Positions 1 through 12,227 of a DNA stretch of 64,000 nucleotides are shown here, in pieces. The stretch is from Escherichia coli (lineage in GTDB: Bacteria; Pseudomonadota; Gammaproteobacteria; Enterobacterales; Enterobacteriaceae). A model generated the notes under the pieces. That model was not told the origin of the DNA, made no database searches, and was given only the letters and a program-made list of their open reading frames with translations. The stretch's first letter is position 1. Each line of letters begins with the position of its first letter. Position numbers and translations under genes: made by a program. The DNA is taken from assembly GCF_011045215.1 (NCBI RefSeq), contig NZ_CP049201.1. One strand, given 5' to 3'.

Positions 1-922
1 TACGGTGGCCTTTGAAGTGGCGCAGTTTGTCGAAAAACCGAATCTGGAAACCGCCCAGGCCTATGTGGCAAGCGGCGAATATTACTGGAACAGCGGTATG
101 TTCCTGTTCCGCGCCGGACGCTATCTCGAAGAACTGAAAAAATATCGCCCGGATATTCTCGACGCCTGTGAAAAAGCGATGAGCGCCGTCGATCCGGATC
201 TTGATTTTATTCGCGTGGATGAAGAAGCGTTTCTGGCCTGCCCGGAAGAGTCGGTGGATTACGCGGTCATGGAACGTACGGCAGATGCCGTTGTGGTACC
301 GATGGATGCGGGCTGGAGCGATGTCGGTTCCTGGTCTTCATTATGGGAGATCAGCGCCCACACCGCCGAGGGCAACGTTTGCCACGGCGATGTGATTAAT
401 CACAAAACTGAAAACAGCTATGTGTACGCCGAATCTGGCCTGGTCACCACCGTCGGGGTGAAAGATTTGGTGGTAGTGCAGACCAAAGATGCGGTGCTGA
501 TTGCCGACCGTAACGCGGTGCAGGATGTGAAAAAAGTGGTCGAGCAGATCAAAGCCGACGGTCGCCATGAGCATCGGGTGCATCGCGAAGTGTATCGTCC
601 GTGGGGCAAATATGACTCTATCGACGCGGGCGACCGCTACCAGGTGAAACGCATCACCGTGAAACCGGGCGAGGGCTTGTCGGTACAGATGCACCATCAC
701 CGCGCGGAACACTGGGTAGTGGTCGCGGGAACGGCAAAAGTCACCATTGATGGTGATATCAAACTGCTTGGTGAAAACGAGTCCATTTATATTCCGCTGG
801 GGGCGACGCACTGCCTGGAAAACCCGGGGAAAATTCCGCTCGATTTAATTGAAGTGCGCTCCGGCTCTTATCTCGAAGAGGATGATGTGGTGCGCTTCGC
901 GGATCGCTACGGACGGGTGTAA
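1..922 (+). CDS. cpsB: Mannose-1-phosphate guanylyltransferase (ManC/CpsB), 5'-truncated by window edge; C-terminal ~305 aa present
   Basis: ORF 5..922 continues in frame from window start; C-terminal cupin region of ManC recognised; followed by phosphomannomutase as in the cps operon. Confidence 0.88.
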   Translation, partial: TVAFEVAQFVEKPNLETAQAYVASGEYYWNSGMFLFRAGRYLEELKKYRPDILDACEKAMSAVDPDLDFIRVDEEAFLACPEESVDYAVMERTADAVVVPMDAGWSDVGSWSSLWEISAHTAEGNVCHGDVINHKTENSYVYAESGLVTTVGVKDLVVVQTKDAVLIADRNAVQDVKKVVEQIKADGRHEHRVHREVYRPWGKYDSIDAGDRYQVKRITVKPGEGLSVQMHHHRAEHWVVVAGTAKVTIDGDIKLLGENESIYIPLGATHCLENPGKIPLDLIEVRSGSYLEEDDVVRFADRYGRV

Positions 923-938
923 ACGTCGCATCAGGAGC

Positions 939-1122
<184 letters not shown>

Positions 1123-1202
1123 AAACCGCGGTGTAAATAACGACAAAAATAAAATTGGCCGCTTCGGTCAGGGCCAACTATTGCCTGAAAAAGGGTAACG
1201 AT

Positions 1203-2573
1203 ATGAAAAAATTAACCTGCTTTAAAGCCTATGATATTCGCGGAAAACTAGGCGAAGAACTGAATGAAGATATCGCCTGGCGCATTGGTCGCGCCTATGG
1301 CGAATTTCTCAAACCGAAAACCATTGTGTTAGGCGGTGATGTCCGCCTCACCAGCGAAACCTTAAAACTGGCGCTGGCGAGAGGTTTACAGGATGCGGGC
1401 GTCGATGTGCTGGATATTGGCATGTCCGGCACCGAAGAGATCTATTTCGCCACGTTCCATCTCGGCGTGGATGGCGGCATTGAAGTTACCGCCAGCCATA
1501 ACCCGATGGATTATAACGGCATGAAACTGGTGCGCGAAGGGGCTCGCCCGATCAGCGGCGATACCGGACTGCGCGACGTCCAGCGTCTGGCAGAAGCTAA
1601 CGACTTCCCTCCAGTCGATGAAACCAAACGCGGTCGCTATCAGCAAATCAATCTGCGTGACGCTTACGTTGATCACCTGTTCGGTTATATCAACGTCAAA
1701 AACCTCACGCCGCTCAAGCTGGTGATCAACTCAGGTAACGGCGCGGCGGGTCCGGTGGTGGACGCCATCGAAGCCCGCTTTAAAGCCCTCGGCGCACCGG
1801 TGGAATTCATCAAAGTGCACAATACGCCGGACGGCAATTTCCCCAACGGTATTCCTAACCCCCTGCTGCCGGAATGCCGCGACGACACCCGCAATGCGGT
1901 CATCAAACACGGCGCGGATATGGGCATTGCCTTTGACGGTGATTTTGATCGCTGTTTCCTGTTTGACGAAAAAGGGCAGTTTATCGAGGGCTACTACATT
2001 GTCGGCCTGTTGGCAGAAGCATTCCTCGAAAAAAATCCCGGCGCGAAGATCATCCACGATCCACGTCTCTCCTGGAACACCGTTGATGTGGTGACTGCTG
2101 CTGGCGGCACGCCGGTGATGTCGAAAACCGGACACGCCTTTATTAAAGAACGTATGCGCAAGGAAGACGCCATCTACGGTGGCGAAATGAGCGCTCACCA
2201 TTACTTCCGTGATTTCGCTTACTGCGACAGCGGCATGATCCCGTGGCTGCTGGTGGCCGAACTGGTGTGCCTGAAAGGAAAAACGCTGGGCGAACTGGTG
2301 CGCGACCGGATGGCAGCGTTTCCGGCAAGCGGTGAGATCAACAGCAAACTGGCGCAACCCGCTGAGGCGATTAATCGCGTCGAACAGCATTTTAGCCGTG
2401 AGGCGCTGGCGGTGGATCGCACCGATGGCATCAGCATGACCTTTGCCGACTGGCGCTTTAACCTGCGCTCCTCCAACACCGAACCGGTGGTGCGGTTGAA
2501 TGTGGAATCGCGCGGTGATGTGCCGCTGATGGAAGCGCGAACGCGAACTCTGCTGACGTTGCTGAACGAGTAA
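1203..2573 (+). CDS. cpsG: Phosphomannomutase (colanic acid), 456 aa
   Basis: ORF 1155..2573; start placed at ATG giving [14 protein letters not shown]; TASHNP active-site motif; length matches CpsG/ManB. Confidence 0.92.
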   Translation: MKKLTCFKAYDIRGKLGEELNEDIAWRIGRAYGEFLKPKTIVLGGDVRLTSETLKLALARGLQDAGVDVLDIGMSGTEEIYFATFHLGVDGGIEVTASHNPMDYNGMKLVREGARPISGDTGLRDVQRLAEANDFPPVDETKRGRYQQINLRDAYVDHLFGYINVKNLTPLKLVINSGNGAAGPVVDAIEARFKALGAPVEFIKVHNTPDGNFPNGIPNPLLPECRDDTRNAVIKHGADMGIAFDGDFDRCFLFDEKGQFIEGYYIVGLLAEAFLEKNPGAKIIHDPRLSWNTVDVVTAAGGTPVMSKTGHAFIKERMRKEDAIYGGEMSAHHYFRDFAYCDSGMIPWLLVAELVCLKGKTLGELVRDRMAAFPASGEINSKLAQPAEAINRVEQHFSREALAVDRTDGISMTFADWRFNLRSSNTEPVVRLNVESRGDVPLMEARTRTLLTLLNE

Positions 2574-2627
2574 TGTCGGATCTTCCCTTACCCCATTGCG
2601 GGTAAGGGGCTAATAACAGGAACAACG

Positions 2628-4022
2628 ATGACAAATCTAAAAAAGCGCGAGCGAGCGAAAACCAATGCATCGTTAATCTCTATGGTGCAACGCTTTTCAG
2701 ATATCACCATCATGTTTGCCGGATTATGGCTGGTTTGCGAAGTGAGCGGCCTGTCATTCCTCTACATGCACCTGTTGGTGGCGCTGATTACGCTGGTGGT
2801 GTTCCAGATGCTGGGCGGCATCACCGATTTTTATCGCTCATGGCGCGGTGTTCGGGCAGCGACAGAATTTGCCCTGTTGCTACAAAACTGGACCTTAAGC
2901 GTGATTTTCAGCGCCGGACTGGTGGCGTTCAACAATGATTTCGACACGCAACTGAAAATCTGGCTGGCGTGGTATGGGCTGACCAGCATCGGACTGGTGG
3001 TTTGCCGTTCATGTATTCGCATTGGGGCGGGCTGGCTGCGTAATCATGGCTATAACAAGCGGATGGTCGCCGTAGCGGGGGATTTAGCCGCCGGACAAAT
3101 GCTGATGGAGAGCTTCCGTAATCAGCCGTGGTTAGGGTTTGAAGTGGTGGGGGTTTACCACGACCCGAAACCGGGCGGCGTTTCTAACGACTGGGCGGGC
3201 AATCTGCAACAGCTGGTCGAGGACGCGAAAGCGGGCAAGATTCATAACGTCTATATCGCGATGCAAATGTGCGACGGCGCGCGAGTGAAAAAACTGGTCC
3301 ATCAATTGGCGGACACCACCTGTTCGGTGCTGCTGATCCCCGATGTCTTTACCTTCAACATTCTCCATTCACGTCTCGAAGAGATGAACGGCGTTCCGGT
3401 GGTGCCGCTTTACGACACGCCGCTTTCCGGGGTTAACCGCCTGCTCAAACGTGCGGAAGACATTGTGCTGGCGACGCTTATTCTGTTGCTGATCTCCCCG
3501 GTGCTGTGCTGTATTGCGCTGGCGGTGAAACTCAGTTCACCAGGGCCGGTTATTTTCCGCCAGACTCGCTATGGCATGGATGGCAAGCCGATCAAAGTGT
3601 GGAAGTTTCGTTCCATGAAAGTGATGGAGAACGACAAAGTGGTGACCCAGGCGACGCAGAACGATCCGCGCGTCACCAAAGTGGGGAACTTTCTGCGCCG
3701 CACCTCGCTGGATGAATTGCCGCAGTTTATCAATGTGCTGACCGGGGGGATGTCGATTGTCGGTCCACGTCCACACGCGGTGGCGCATAACGAACAGTAT
3801 CGCCAGCTCATTGAAGGCTACATGCTGCGCCATAAGGTGAAACCGGGCATTACCGGCTGGGCGCAGATTAATGGCTGGCGTGGCGAAACCGACACGCTGG
3901 AGAAAATGGAAAAACGCGTCGAGTTCGACCTTGAGTACATCCGCGAATGGAGCGTCTGGTTCGATATCAAAATCGTTTTCCTGACGGTATTCAAGGGCTT
4001 CGTTAACAAAGCGGCATATTGA
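2628..4022 (+). CDS. wcaJ: Undecaprenyl-phosphate glucose-1-phosphate transferase WcaJ, 464 aa
   Basis: ORF track; N-terminal TM region plus C-terminal sugar transferase domain (PRPH, DELPQ motifs); position after cpsG. Confidence 0.9.
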   Translation: MTNLKKRERAKTNASLISMVQRFSDITIMFAGLWLVCEVSGLSFLYMHLLVALITLVVFQMLGGITDFYRSWRGVRAATEFALLLQNWTLSVIFSAGLVAFNNDFDTQLKIWLAWYGLTSIGLVVCRSCIRIGAGWLRNHGYNKRMVAVAGDLAAGQMLMESFRNQPWLGFEVVGVYHDPKPGGVSNDWAGNLQQLVEDAKAGKIHNVYIAMQMCDGARVKKLVHQLADTTCSVLLIPDVFTFNILHSRLEEMNGVPVVPLYDTPLSGVNRLLKRAEDIVLATLILLLISPVLCCIALAVKLSSPGPVIFRQTRYGMDGKPIKVWKFRSMKVMENDKVVTQATQNDPRVTKVGNFLRRTSLDELPQFINVLTGGMSIVGPRPHAVAHNEQYRQLIEGYMLRHKVKPGITGWAQINGWRGETDTLEKMEKRVEFDLEYIREWSVWFDIKIVFLTVFKGFVNKAAY

Positions 4023-4023
4023 T

Positions 4024-5502
4024 ATGAGCTTACGTGAAAAGACCATCAGCGGCGCGAAGTGGTCGGCGATTGCCACGGTGATCATCATCGGCCTCGGGCT
4101 GGTGCAGATGACCGTGCTGGCGCGGATTATCGACAACCACCAGTTCGGTTTGCTTACCGTGTCGCTGGTGATTATCGCGCTGGCAGATACGCTTTCTGAC
4201 TTTGGTATCGCTAACTCGATTATTCAGCGAAAAGAAATCAGTCACCTTGAACTCACCACGTTGTACTGGCTGAACGTCGGGCTGGGGATCGTGGTGTGCG
4301 TGGCGGTGTTTTTGTTGAGTGATCTCATCGGCGACGTGCTGAATAACCCGGACCTGGCACCGTTGATTAAAACATTGTCGCTGGCGTTTGTGGTAATCCC
4401 CCACGGGCAACAGTTCCGCGCGTTGATGCAGAAGGAGCTGGAGTTCAACAAAATCGGCATGATCGAAACCAGCGCGGTACTGGCGGGCTTCACTTTTACG
4501 GTGGTTAGTGCCCATTTCTGGCCGCTGGCGATGACCGCGATCCTCGGTTATCTGGTCAATAGTGCGGTAAGAACGCTGCTGTTTGGCTACTTTGGCCGCA
4601 AAATTTATCGCCCCGGTCTGCACTTCTCGCTGGCGTCGGTGGCACCGAACTTACGCTTTGGTGCCTGGCTGACGGCGGACAGCATCATCAACTATCTCAA
4701 CACCAACCTTTCAACGCTGGTGCTGGCGCGTATTCTCGGCGCGGGCGTGGCAGGGGGATACAACCTGGCGTACAACGTGGCCGTTGTGCCACCGATGAAG
4801 CTGAACCCAATCATCACCCGCGTGTTGTTTCCGGCGTTTGCCAAAATTCAGGACGACACCGAAAAGCTGCGCGTTAACTTCTACAAGCTGCTGTCGGTAG
4901 TGGGGATTATCAACTTTCCGGCGCTGCTCGGGCTGATGGTGGTGTCGAATAATTTTGTACCGCTGGTCTTTGGTGAGAAGTGGAGCAGCATTATTCCGGT
5001 GCTGCAATTGCTGTGTGTGGTGGGGCTACTGCGCTCCGTGGGTAACCCGATTGGTTCGCTGCTGATGGCGAAAGCGCGGGTCGATATCAGCTTTAAATTC
5101 AACGTATTCAAAACATTTCTGTTTATTCCGGCGATTGTTATTGGTGGGCAGATGGCGGGCGCAATCGGCGTCACGCTCGGTTTCCTGCTGGTGCAGATTA
5201 TCAACACCATTCTGAGTTACTTCGTGATGATTAAACCGGTTCTTGGTTCCAGTTATCGCCAGTACATCCTGAGTTTGTGGCTGCCGTTTTATCTCTCGTT
5301 GCCGACGCTGGTGGTTAGTTATGCGCTGGGCATTGTGCTGAAAGGGCAACTGGCGCTGGGGATGCTGCTGGCGGTGCAAATAGCCGCGGGCGTGCTGGCG
5401 TTTGTGGTGATGATTGTGCTGTCGCGCCATCCGCTGGTGGTGGAAGTGAAGCGTCAGTTTTGTCGCAGCGAAAAAATGAAAATGCTTTTACGGGCGGGGT
5501 GA
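4024..5502 (+). CDS. wzxC: Colanic acid flippase WzxC, 492 aa
   Basis: ORF track; polytopic membrane protein of expected length and position. Confidence 0.88.
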   Translation: MSLREKTISGAKWSAIATVIIIGLGLVQMTVLARIIDNHQFGLLTVSLVIIALADTLSDFGIANSIIQRKEISHLELTTLYWLNVGLGIVVCVAVFLLSDLIGDVLNNPDLAPLIKTLSLAFVVIPHGQQFRALMQKELEFNKIGMIETSAVLAGFTFTVVSAHFWPLAMTAILGYLVNSAVRTLLFGYFGRKIYRPGLHFSLASVAPNLRFGAWLTADSIINYLNTNLSTLVLARILGAGVAGGYNLAYNVAVVPPMKLNPIITRVLFPAFAKIQDDTEKLRVNFYKLLSVVGIINFPALLGLMVVSNNFVPLVFGEKWSSIIPVLQLLCVVGLLRSVGNPIGSLLMAKARVDISFKFNVFKTFLFIPAIVIGGQMAGAIGVTLGFLLVQIINTILSYFVMIKPVLGSSYRQYILSLWLPFYLSLPTLVVSYALGIVLKGQLALGMLLAVQIAAGVLAFVVMIVLSRHPLVVEVKRQFCRSEKMKMLLRAG

Positions 5503-5530
5503 GTTGCTGTTTTCGGTTCCGACAACGGTT

Positions 5531-5718
5531 GCCGGATGCGGCGTAAAACGCCTTATCCATCCTACGGTTCTGTGCTCGGGACCTGTAGGCCTGATAAGAC
5601 GCGTCAGCGTCGCATCAGGCACTGAATGCCGGATGCGGCGTGAACGCCTTATCCGGCCTACGGTTCTGTGCTCGGGTCTTGTAGGCCTGATAAGACGCGT
5701 CAGCGTCGCATCAGGCAA
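5531..5718. repeat. REP/BIME cluster
   Basis: Tandem REP palindromes (GCCGGATGCGGCGT... / GCCTGATAAGACGCGTCAGCGTCGCATCAGGC); coordinates approximate. Confidence 0.7.
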
Positions 5719-5777
5719 AAAGCGGCAACGAAAAAAACAAACGCAGCCTCACCTGGCATCAAATTTATGAGGAAAAA

Positions 5778-7058
5778 ATGAAATTACTTATTCTGGGCAA
5801 CCACACTTGCGGCAATCGTGGCGATAGCGCCATCCTGCGCGGCTTACTTGATGCCATCAACATTCTCAATCCACACGCCGAAGTGGATGTGATGAGCCGC
5901 TATCCGGTCAGTTCTTCCTGGCTGCTCAACCGCCCGGTAATGGGCGATCCGCTGTTCCTGCAAATGAAACAACACAACAGCGCAGCGGGCGTTGTCGGGC
6001 GCGTTAAAAAAGTCCTCCGTCGCCGCTACCAGCATCAGGTACTGCTCTCGCGCGTCACCGACACTGGCAAGTTGCGTAATATCGCCATCGCCCAGGGATT
6101 CACTGACTTCGTGCGCCTGCTGTCAGGTTACGACGCCATTATTCAGGTCGGCGGATCGTTTTTTGTCGATCTCTACGGCGTGCCACAGTTTGAACATGCA
6201 CTTTGCACGTTTATGGCGAAAAAGCCGCTGTTTATGATTGGTCACAGCGTTGGCCCGTTCCAGGATGAGCAATTTAACCAACTGGCGAACTATGTCTTTG
6301 GTCACTGTGACGCGCTGATCCTGCGCGAATCGGTCAGCCTTGATCTGATGAAACGCAGCAATATCACCACCGCAAAAGTGGAACATGGCGTCGATACCGC
6401 GTGGCTGGTCGATCACCACACAGAAGACTTCACCGCCAGCTATGCCGTTCAACACTGGCTGGACGTTGCCGCACAACAGAAAACGGTGGCCATTACCCTG
6501 CGCGAACTGGCACCGTTCGACAAACGTCTCGGCACCACTCAACAAGCGTATGAAAAAGCCTTTGCCGGGGTGGTCAATCGCATTCTCGACGAAGGCTATC
6601 AGGTTATTGCGCTCTCCACCTGTACGGGCATCGACAGCTATAACAAAGACGACCGCATGGTGGCGCTCAACCTGCGTCAGCACATCAGCGATCCTGCCCG
6701 TTACCACGTAGTGATGGATGAACTCAACGATCTGGAAATGGGCAAAATTCTCGGAGCCTGTGAACTCACCGTCGGTACGCGCCTGCACTCCGCCATTATC
6801 TCAATGAACTTTGCCACTCCGGCGATTGCCATCAACTATGAACATAAATCCGCCGGGATCATGCAGCAGCTGGGACTACCGGAGATGGCAATTGATATCC
6901 GTCATTTACTGGACGGCAGCCTGCAAGCGATGGTTGCGGATACCTTAGGCCAACTTCCGGCGCTGAACGCACGACTTAACGAAGCTGTCAGTCGTGAGCG
7001 TCAGACGGGAATGCAGATGGTGCAATCTGTGCTTGAGCGCATCGGGGAGGTGAAATGA
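5778..7058 (+). CDS. wcaK: Colanic acid biosynthesis pyruvyl transferase WcaK, 426 aa
   Basis: ORF track; length and gene order. Confidence 0.88.
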   Translation: MKLLILGNHTCGNRGDSAILRGLLDAINILNPHAEVDVMSRYPVSSSWLLNRPVMGDPLFLQMKQHNSAAGVVGRVKKVLRRRYQHQVLLSRVTDTGKLRNIAIAQGFTDFVRLLSGYDAIIQVGGSFFVDLYGVPQFEHALCTFMAKKPLFMIGHSVGPFQDEQFNQLANYVFGHCDALILRESVSLDLMKRSNITTAKVEHGVDTAWLVDHHTEDFTASYAVQHWLDVAAQQKTVAITLRELAPFDKRLGTTQQAYEKAFAGVVNRILDEGYQVIALSTCTGIDSYNKDDRMVALNLRQHISDPARYHVVMDELNDLEMGKILGACELTVGTRLHSAIISMNFATPAIAINYEHKSAGIMQQLGLPEMAIDIRHLLDGSLQAMVADTLGQLPALNARLNEAVSRERQTGMQMVQSVLERIGEVK

Positions 7059-8275
7059 AGGTCGGCTTCTTTTTACTGAAATTTCCGTTGTCGTCAGAAA
7101 CCTTCGTCCTCAATCAAATTACCGCGTTTATTGATATGGGATTTGAGGTGGAGATTGTCGCGCTGCAAAAAGGCGACACACAAAACACCCACGCGGCATG
7201 GACGAAATACAACCTTGCCGCCAGAACCCGTTGGTTACAGGACGAACCTACGGGCAAAGTGGCGAAGCTGCGCCACCGCGCCAGCCAGACTTTACGCGGC
7301 ATTCATCGTAAAAATACCTGGCAGGCGCTCAACCTCAAACGCTATGGTGCCGAGTCGCGGAATCTGATTTTGTCTGCCATTTGCGGTCAGGTCGCAACAC
7401 CATTTCATGCCGATGTCTTTATCGCTCATTTTGGCCCTGCGGGGGTAACCGCAGCAAAACTACGCGAACTGGGTGTCATTCGCGGCAAAATTGCCACTAT
7501 TTTTCACGGCATTGATATTTCCAGTCGGGAAGTGCTCAACCATTACACTCCCGAATATCAACAACTGTTTCGACGTGGCGACCTGATGCTACCGATAAGC
7601 GATCTGTGGGCCGGAAGGCTGCAAAAAATGGGCTGCCCGAGGGAAAAAATCGCCGTATCGCGCATGGGCGTAGATATGACGCGCTTTAGCCCGCGTCCCG
7701 TGAAAGCGCCCGCAACACCGCTGGAGATTATTTCCGTCGCACGCTTAACCGAGAAAAAAGGCCTGCATGTGGCGATTGAAGCCTGCCGTCAGTTGAAAGA
7801 GCAGGGCGTGGCATTTCGCTATCGCATCCTCGGCATTGGCCCGTGGGAAAGACGCCTGCGCACCCTCATCGAACAATATCAACTGGAAGATGTGGTGGAG
7901 ATGCCGGGCTTTAAACCGAGCCATGAAGTGAAAGCGATGCTCGACAACGCGGATGTTTTCTTGTTGCCATCGGTAACGGGTGCGGATGGCGATATGGAAG
8001 GTATTCCGGTGGCGCTAATGGAAGCGATGGCGGTCGGTATTCCGGTGGTTTCTACTCTGCATAGCGGAATACCGGAACTGGTGGAGGCCGATAAATCCGG
8101 CTGGCTGGTGCCTGAGAATGATGCTCGCGCACTGGCGCAACGACTGGCGGCGTTTAGCCAACTGGACACCGACGAACTGGCTCCGGTTATCAAACGTGCT
8201 CGCGAAAAAGTCGAACACGATTTTAACCAGCAGGTGATTAACCGAGAACTCGCCAGCTTGTTGCAGGCTTTATAG
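7055..8275 (+). CDS. wcaL: Colanic acid glycosyltransferase WcaL (GT4 family), 406 aa
   Basis: ORF track; 4-bp overlap with wcaK; GT4-type motif region. Confidence 0.88.
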   Translation: MKVGFFLLKFPLSSETFVLNQITAFIDMGFEVEIVALQKGDTQNTHAAWTKYNLAARTRWLQDEPTGKVAKLRHRASQTLRGIHRKNTWQALNLKRYGAESRNLILSAICGQVATPFHADVFIAHFGPAGVTAAKLRELGVIRGKIATIFHGIDISSREVLNHYTPEYQQLFRRGDLMLPISDLWAGRLQKMGCPREKIAVSRMGVDMTRFSPRPVKAPATPLEIISVARLTEKKGLHVAIEACRQLKEQGVAFRYRILGIGPWERRLRTLIEQYQLEDVVEMPGFKPSHEVKAMLDNADVFLLPSVTGADGDMEGIPVALMEAMAVGIPVVSTLHSGIPELVEADKSGWLVPENDARALAQRLAAFSQLDTDELAPVIKRAREKVEHDFNQQVINRELASLLQAL

Positions 8276-8285
8276 AGGAGAACGT

Positions 8286-9680
8286 ATGCCATTTAAAAAA
8301 CTCTCCCGACGCACCTTCCTGACGGCAAGCTCCGCGCTTGCCTTCCTCCATACCCCTTTCGCTCGCGCACTTCCCGCCCGACAAAGCGTTAACATTAACG
8401 ACTACAACCCACACGACTGGATCGCCTCATTTAAACAAGCCTTCGGCGAAGGGCAAACGGTCGTCGTGCCTGCCGGATTGGTTTGCGACAATATCAACAC
8501 CGGCATCTTCATTCCTCCTGGCAAAACGTTACACATCCTTGGAAGCCTGCGCGGCAACGGCAGAGGGCGATTTGTCTTACAGGACGGTAGCCAGGTGACA
8601 GGGGAGGAGGGCGGCAGTATGCATAACATCACCCTGGATGTGCGTGGCTCTGACTGCACCATCAAAGGGCTGGCGATGAGCGGCTTTGGCCCGGTAACGC
8701 AGATTTATATCGGCGGCAAAAACAAACGGGTCATGCGCAACCTGACCATCGATAACCTCACTGTCAGCCACGCTAATTACGCCATCTTACGCCAGGGATT
8801 TCATAACCAGATAATCGGTGCCAACATCACCAATTGTAAGTTCAGCGACTTACAGGGCGATGCCATTGAATGGAACGTGGCGATTAACGACAGTGATATT
8901 TTGATATCTGACCATGTCATCGAGCGCATCAACTGTACCAACGGCAAAATCAACTGGGGCATTGGCATAGGCCTTGCGGGAAGCACTTACGATAATAATT
9001 ACCCGGAAGATCAGGCAGTGAAAAACTTTGTCGTGGCGAATATCACGGGATCGGATTGTCGGCAGTTGATCCATGTTGAAAATGGTAAACATTTTGTTAT
9101 TCGTAATATCAAAGCCCGCAATATCACGCCGGATTTCAGTAAGAAAGCAGGTATTGATAACGCCACGGTCGCTATTTACGGTTGTGATAATTTCGTGATT
9201 GATAATATTGAAATGATTAATAGCGCCGGGATGTTAATCGGCTATGGGGTAATTAAAGGCAAATATCTCTCGATACCGCAAAATTTCCGAGTGAATAATA
9301 TTCAACTGGATAATACCCACCTTGCTTACAAATTGCGCGGTATCCAAATCTCCGCCGGGAATGCTGTCTCCTTTGTGGCGCTGACTAACATTGAGATGAA
9401 GCGTGCGTCGCTGGAGTTACACAACAAACCGCAACATCTTTTTATGCGTAATATCAATGTGATGCAGGAATCCTCTGTTGGACCCGCATTGAGCATGAAC
9501 TTCGACATGCGCAAAGACGTTCGCGGCGTCTTTATGGCGAAAAAAGAAACACTGCTGTCTCTTGCAAATGTTCATGCGGTGAATGAAAGAGGGCAAAGCT
9601 CCGTCGATATCGACAGGATTAATCACCATATTGTTAATATGGAAAAGATTAACTTTAGATTGCCAGAACGGAGGGAGTAG
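8286..9680 (+). CDS. wcaM: Colanic acid biosynthesis protein WcaM, 464 aa
   Basis: ORF track; signal-peptide-like N-terminus; last gene of wca cluster. Confidence 0.88.
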   Translation: MPFKKLSRRTFLTASSALAFLHTPFARALPARQSVNINDYNPHDWIASFKQAFGEGQTVVVPAGLVCDNINTGIFIPPGKTLHILGSLRGNGRGRFVLQDGSQVTGEEGGSMHNITLDVRGSDCTIKGLAMSGFGPVTQIYIGGKNKRVMRNLTIDNLTVSHANYAILRQGFHNQIIGANITNCKFSDLQGDAIEWNVAINDSDILISDHVIERINCTNGKINWGIGIGLAGSTYDNNYPEDQAVKNFVVANITGSDCRQLIHVENGKHFVIRNIKARNITPDFSKKAGIDNATVAIYGCDNFVIDNIEMINSAGMLIGYGVIKGKYLSIPQNFRVNNIQLDNTHLAYKLRGIQISAGNAVSFVALTNIEMKRASLELHNKPQHLFMRNINVMQESSVGPALSMNFDMRKDVRGVFMAKKETLLSLANVHAVNERGQSSVDIDRINHHIVNMEKINFRLPERRE

Positions 9681-9837
9681 ATTTGCGACCATTCATAAAC
9701 TTACTGGATATAATGTTCTAAAAGATTATAATCCTCACACTAACTGTTAAAGCTGGGGCTGGGCAGCATTGACTACTCAGGGAAGGTACTCATCTTTATC
9801 TTGTGTTTCTTACGTAACAACCAGACTAAAGTGATTT

Positions 9838-10833
9838 ATGAACGATAACGTTTTGCTCATAGGAGCTTCCGGATTCGTAGGAACCCGACTACTTGAAACG
9901 GCAATTGCTGACTTTAATATCAAGAACCTGGACAAACAGCAGAGCCACTTTTATCCAGAAATCACACAGATTGGCGATGTTCGTGATCAACAGGCACTCG
10001 ACCAGGCGTTAGCCGGTTTTGACACTGTTGTGCTACTGGCAGCGGAACACCGCGATGACGTCAGCCCTACTTCTCTCTATTATGATGTCAATGTTCAGGG
10101 TACCCGCAATGTGCTGGCGGCCATGGAAAAAAATGGCGTTAAAAATATCATCTTTACCAGTTCCGTTGCTGTTTATGGTTTGAACAAACACAACCCTGAC
10201 GAAAACCATCCACACGACCCTTTCAACCACTACGGCAAAAGTAAGTGGCAGGCGGAGGAAGTGCTGCGTGAATGGTATAACAAAGCACCAACAGAACGTT
10301 CATTAACTATCATCCGTCCTACCGTTATCTTCGGTGAACGCAACCGCGGTAACGTCTATAACTTGCTGAAACAGATCGCTGGCGGCAAGTTTATGATGGT
10401 GGGAGCAGGGACTAACTATAAGTCCATGGCTTATGTTGGAAACATTGTTGAGTTTATCAAGTACAAACTGAAGAATGTTGCCGCAGGTTATGAGGTTTAT
10501 AACTACGTTGATAAGCCAGACCTGAACATGAACCAGTTGGTTGCTGAAGTTGAACAAAGCCTGAACAAAAAGATCCCTTCTATGCACTTGCCTTACCCAC
10601 TAGGAATGCTGGGTGGATATTGCTTTGATATCCTGAGCAAAATTACGGGCAAAAAATACGCTGTCAGCTCAGTGCGCGTGAAAAAATTCTGCGCAACAAC
10701 ACAGTTTGACGCAACGAAAGTGCATTCTTCAGGTTTTGTGGCACCGTATACGCTGTCGCAAGGTCTGGATCGAACACTGCAGTATGAATTCGTTCATGCC
10801 AAAAAAGACGACATAACGTTTGTTTCTGAGTAA
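9838..10833 (+). CDS. gne: NAD-dependent epimerase, UDP-N-acetylglucosamine 4-epimerase-like (Gne), 331 aa
   Basis: ORF track; N-terminal GASGFVG Rossmann motif and YGKSK catalytic motif; position between wcaM and galF as in strains carrying gne. Confidence 0.8.
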   Translation: MNDNVLLIGASGFVGTRLLETAIADFNIKNLDKQQSHFYPEITQIGDVRDQQALDQALAGFDTVVLLAAEHRDDVSPTSLYYDVNVQGTRNVLAAMEKNGVKNIIFTSSVAVYGLNKHNPDENHPHDPFNHYGKSKWQAEEVLREWYNKAPTERSLTIIRPTVIFGERNRGNVYNLLKQIAGGKFMMVGAGTNYKSMAYVGNIVEFIKYKLKNVAAGYEVYNYVDKPDLNMNQLVAEVEQSLNKKIPSMHLPYPLGMLGGYCFDILSKITGKKYAVSSVRVKKFCATTQFDATKVHSSGFVAPYTLSQGLDRTLQYEFVHAKKDDITFVSE

Positions 10834-11075
10834 TGCAGACGAGTCAGAGAAAAAAGGACCAGGTTGGACTACGATTATTCGGAAAGAGGTACTGATTAAA
10901 TTATCAGTATGCGGAATTCCGAGTAATCCGAGTAACCCAGATGCTGATGGTGTGTAGTGTTATTCTAAGGTTTAAGCAAAGTTATGCGGAACTAAGCTTT
11001 GGTATATAGCCATAACGTTTGGCTAACCTATGGCAATAATTTACGCACTATCAGCCACTTAGAGGTAGGAAAAGA

Positions 11076-11969
11076 ATGACGAATTTAAAAGCAGTTATAC
11101 CGGTAGCAGGTCTTGGGATGCATATGTTGCCTGCCACTAAGGCGATTCCCAAAGAGATGCTACCGATCGTCGACAAGCCAATGATTCAGTACATTGTTGA
11201 CGAGATTGTGGCTGCAGGGATCAAAGAAATCCTCCTGGTAACTCACGCGTCCAAGAACGCAGTCGAAAACCACTTCGACACCTCTTATGAATTAGAATCT
11301 CTCCTTGAACAGCGCGTGAAGCGTCAACTGCTGGCGGAAGTACAATCTATCTGTCCGCCGGGCGTGACCATTATGAACGTGCGTCAGGGTGAACCTTTAG
11401 GTTTAGGCCATTCCATTTTGTGTGCACGACCCGCCATTGGTGACAACCCATTTGTCGTGGTGCTGCCAGACGTTGTGATCGACGACGCCAGTGCCGACCC
11501 GCTGCGCTACAACCTTGCTGCCATGATTGCGCGTTTCAATGAAACGGGCCGTAGCCAGGTGCTGGCAAAACGTATGCCGGGTGACCTTTCTGAATACTCC
11601 GTTATTCAGACCAAAGAGCCGCTGGATCGTGAAGGCAAAGTCAGCCGCATTGTTGAATTTATCGAAAAACCGGATCAGCCGCAGACGCTGGACTCAGACA
11701 TCATGGCCGTTGGTCGCTATGTGCTTTCTGCCGATATTTGGCCGGAACTTGAACGCACTCAACCTGGTGCATGGGGACGTATCCAACTGACTGATGCCAT
11801 TGCTGAACTGGCGAAGAAACAGTCCGTTGATGCCATGCTGATGACTGGTGACAGCTACGACTGCGGTAAAAAAATGGGCTATATGCAGGCGTTTGTGAAG
11901 TATGGACTGCGCAACCTGAAAGAAGGGGCGAAGTTCCGTAAAGGGATTGAGAAGCTGTTAAGCGAATAA
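11076..11969 (+). CDS. galF: UTP-glucose-1-phosphate uridylyltransferase subunit GalF, 297 aa
   Basis: ORF track; conserved GalU/GalF N-terminus; conserved 5' flank of O-antigen locus. Confidence 0.92.
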   Translation: MTNLKAVIPVAGLGMHMLPATKAIPKEMLPIVDKPMIQYIVDEIVAAGIKEILLVTHASKNAVENHFDTSYELESLLEQRVKRQLLAEVQSICPPGVTIMNVRQGEPLGLGHSILCARPAIGDNPFVVVLPDVVIDDASADPLRYNLAAMIARFNETGRSQVLAKRMPGDLSEYSVIQTKEPLDREGKVSRIVEFIEKPDQPQTLDSDIMAVGRYVLSADIWPELERTQPGAWGRIQLTDAIAELAKKQSVDAMLMTGDSYDCGKKMGYMQAFVKYGLRNLKEGAKFRKGIEKLLSE

Positions 11970-12227
11970 TGAAAATCTGACCGGATGTAACGGTTGATAA
12001 GAAAATTATAACGGCAGTGAAGATTCGTGGTGAAAGTAATTTGTTGCGAATATTCCTGCCGTTGTTTTATATAAACAATCAGAATAACAACGAGTTAGCA
12101 ATAGGATTTTAGTCAAAGTTTTCCAGGATTTTCCTTGTTTCCAGAGCGGATTGGTAAGACAATTAGCGTTTGAATTTTTCGAGTTTAGCGCGAGTAGGTA
12201 ACGCTAGTCACATCGTAGACATGTAAG

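Noticed and set aside
341-811. Minus-strand ORFs (156 aa and smaller) inside manC, and similar antisense ORFs inside cpsG, wcaJ, wzxC, wcaK and the his genes
   Set aside because: All overlap confidently identified genes on the opposite strand and have no independent support.
5504-5770. 88-aa ORF spanning the REP cluster between wzxC and wcaK (and the similar ORFs over REPs at 759..1146 and 33503..33734)
   Set aside because: Reading frame consists of REP palindrome repeats; repetitive peptide is an artefact of the repeat.
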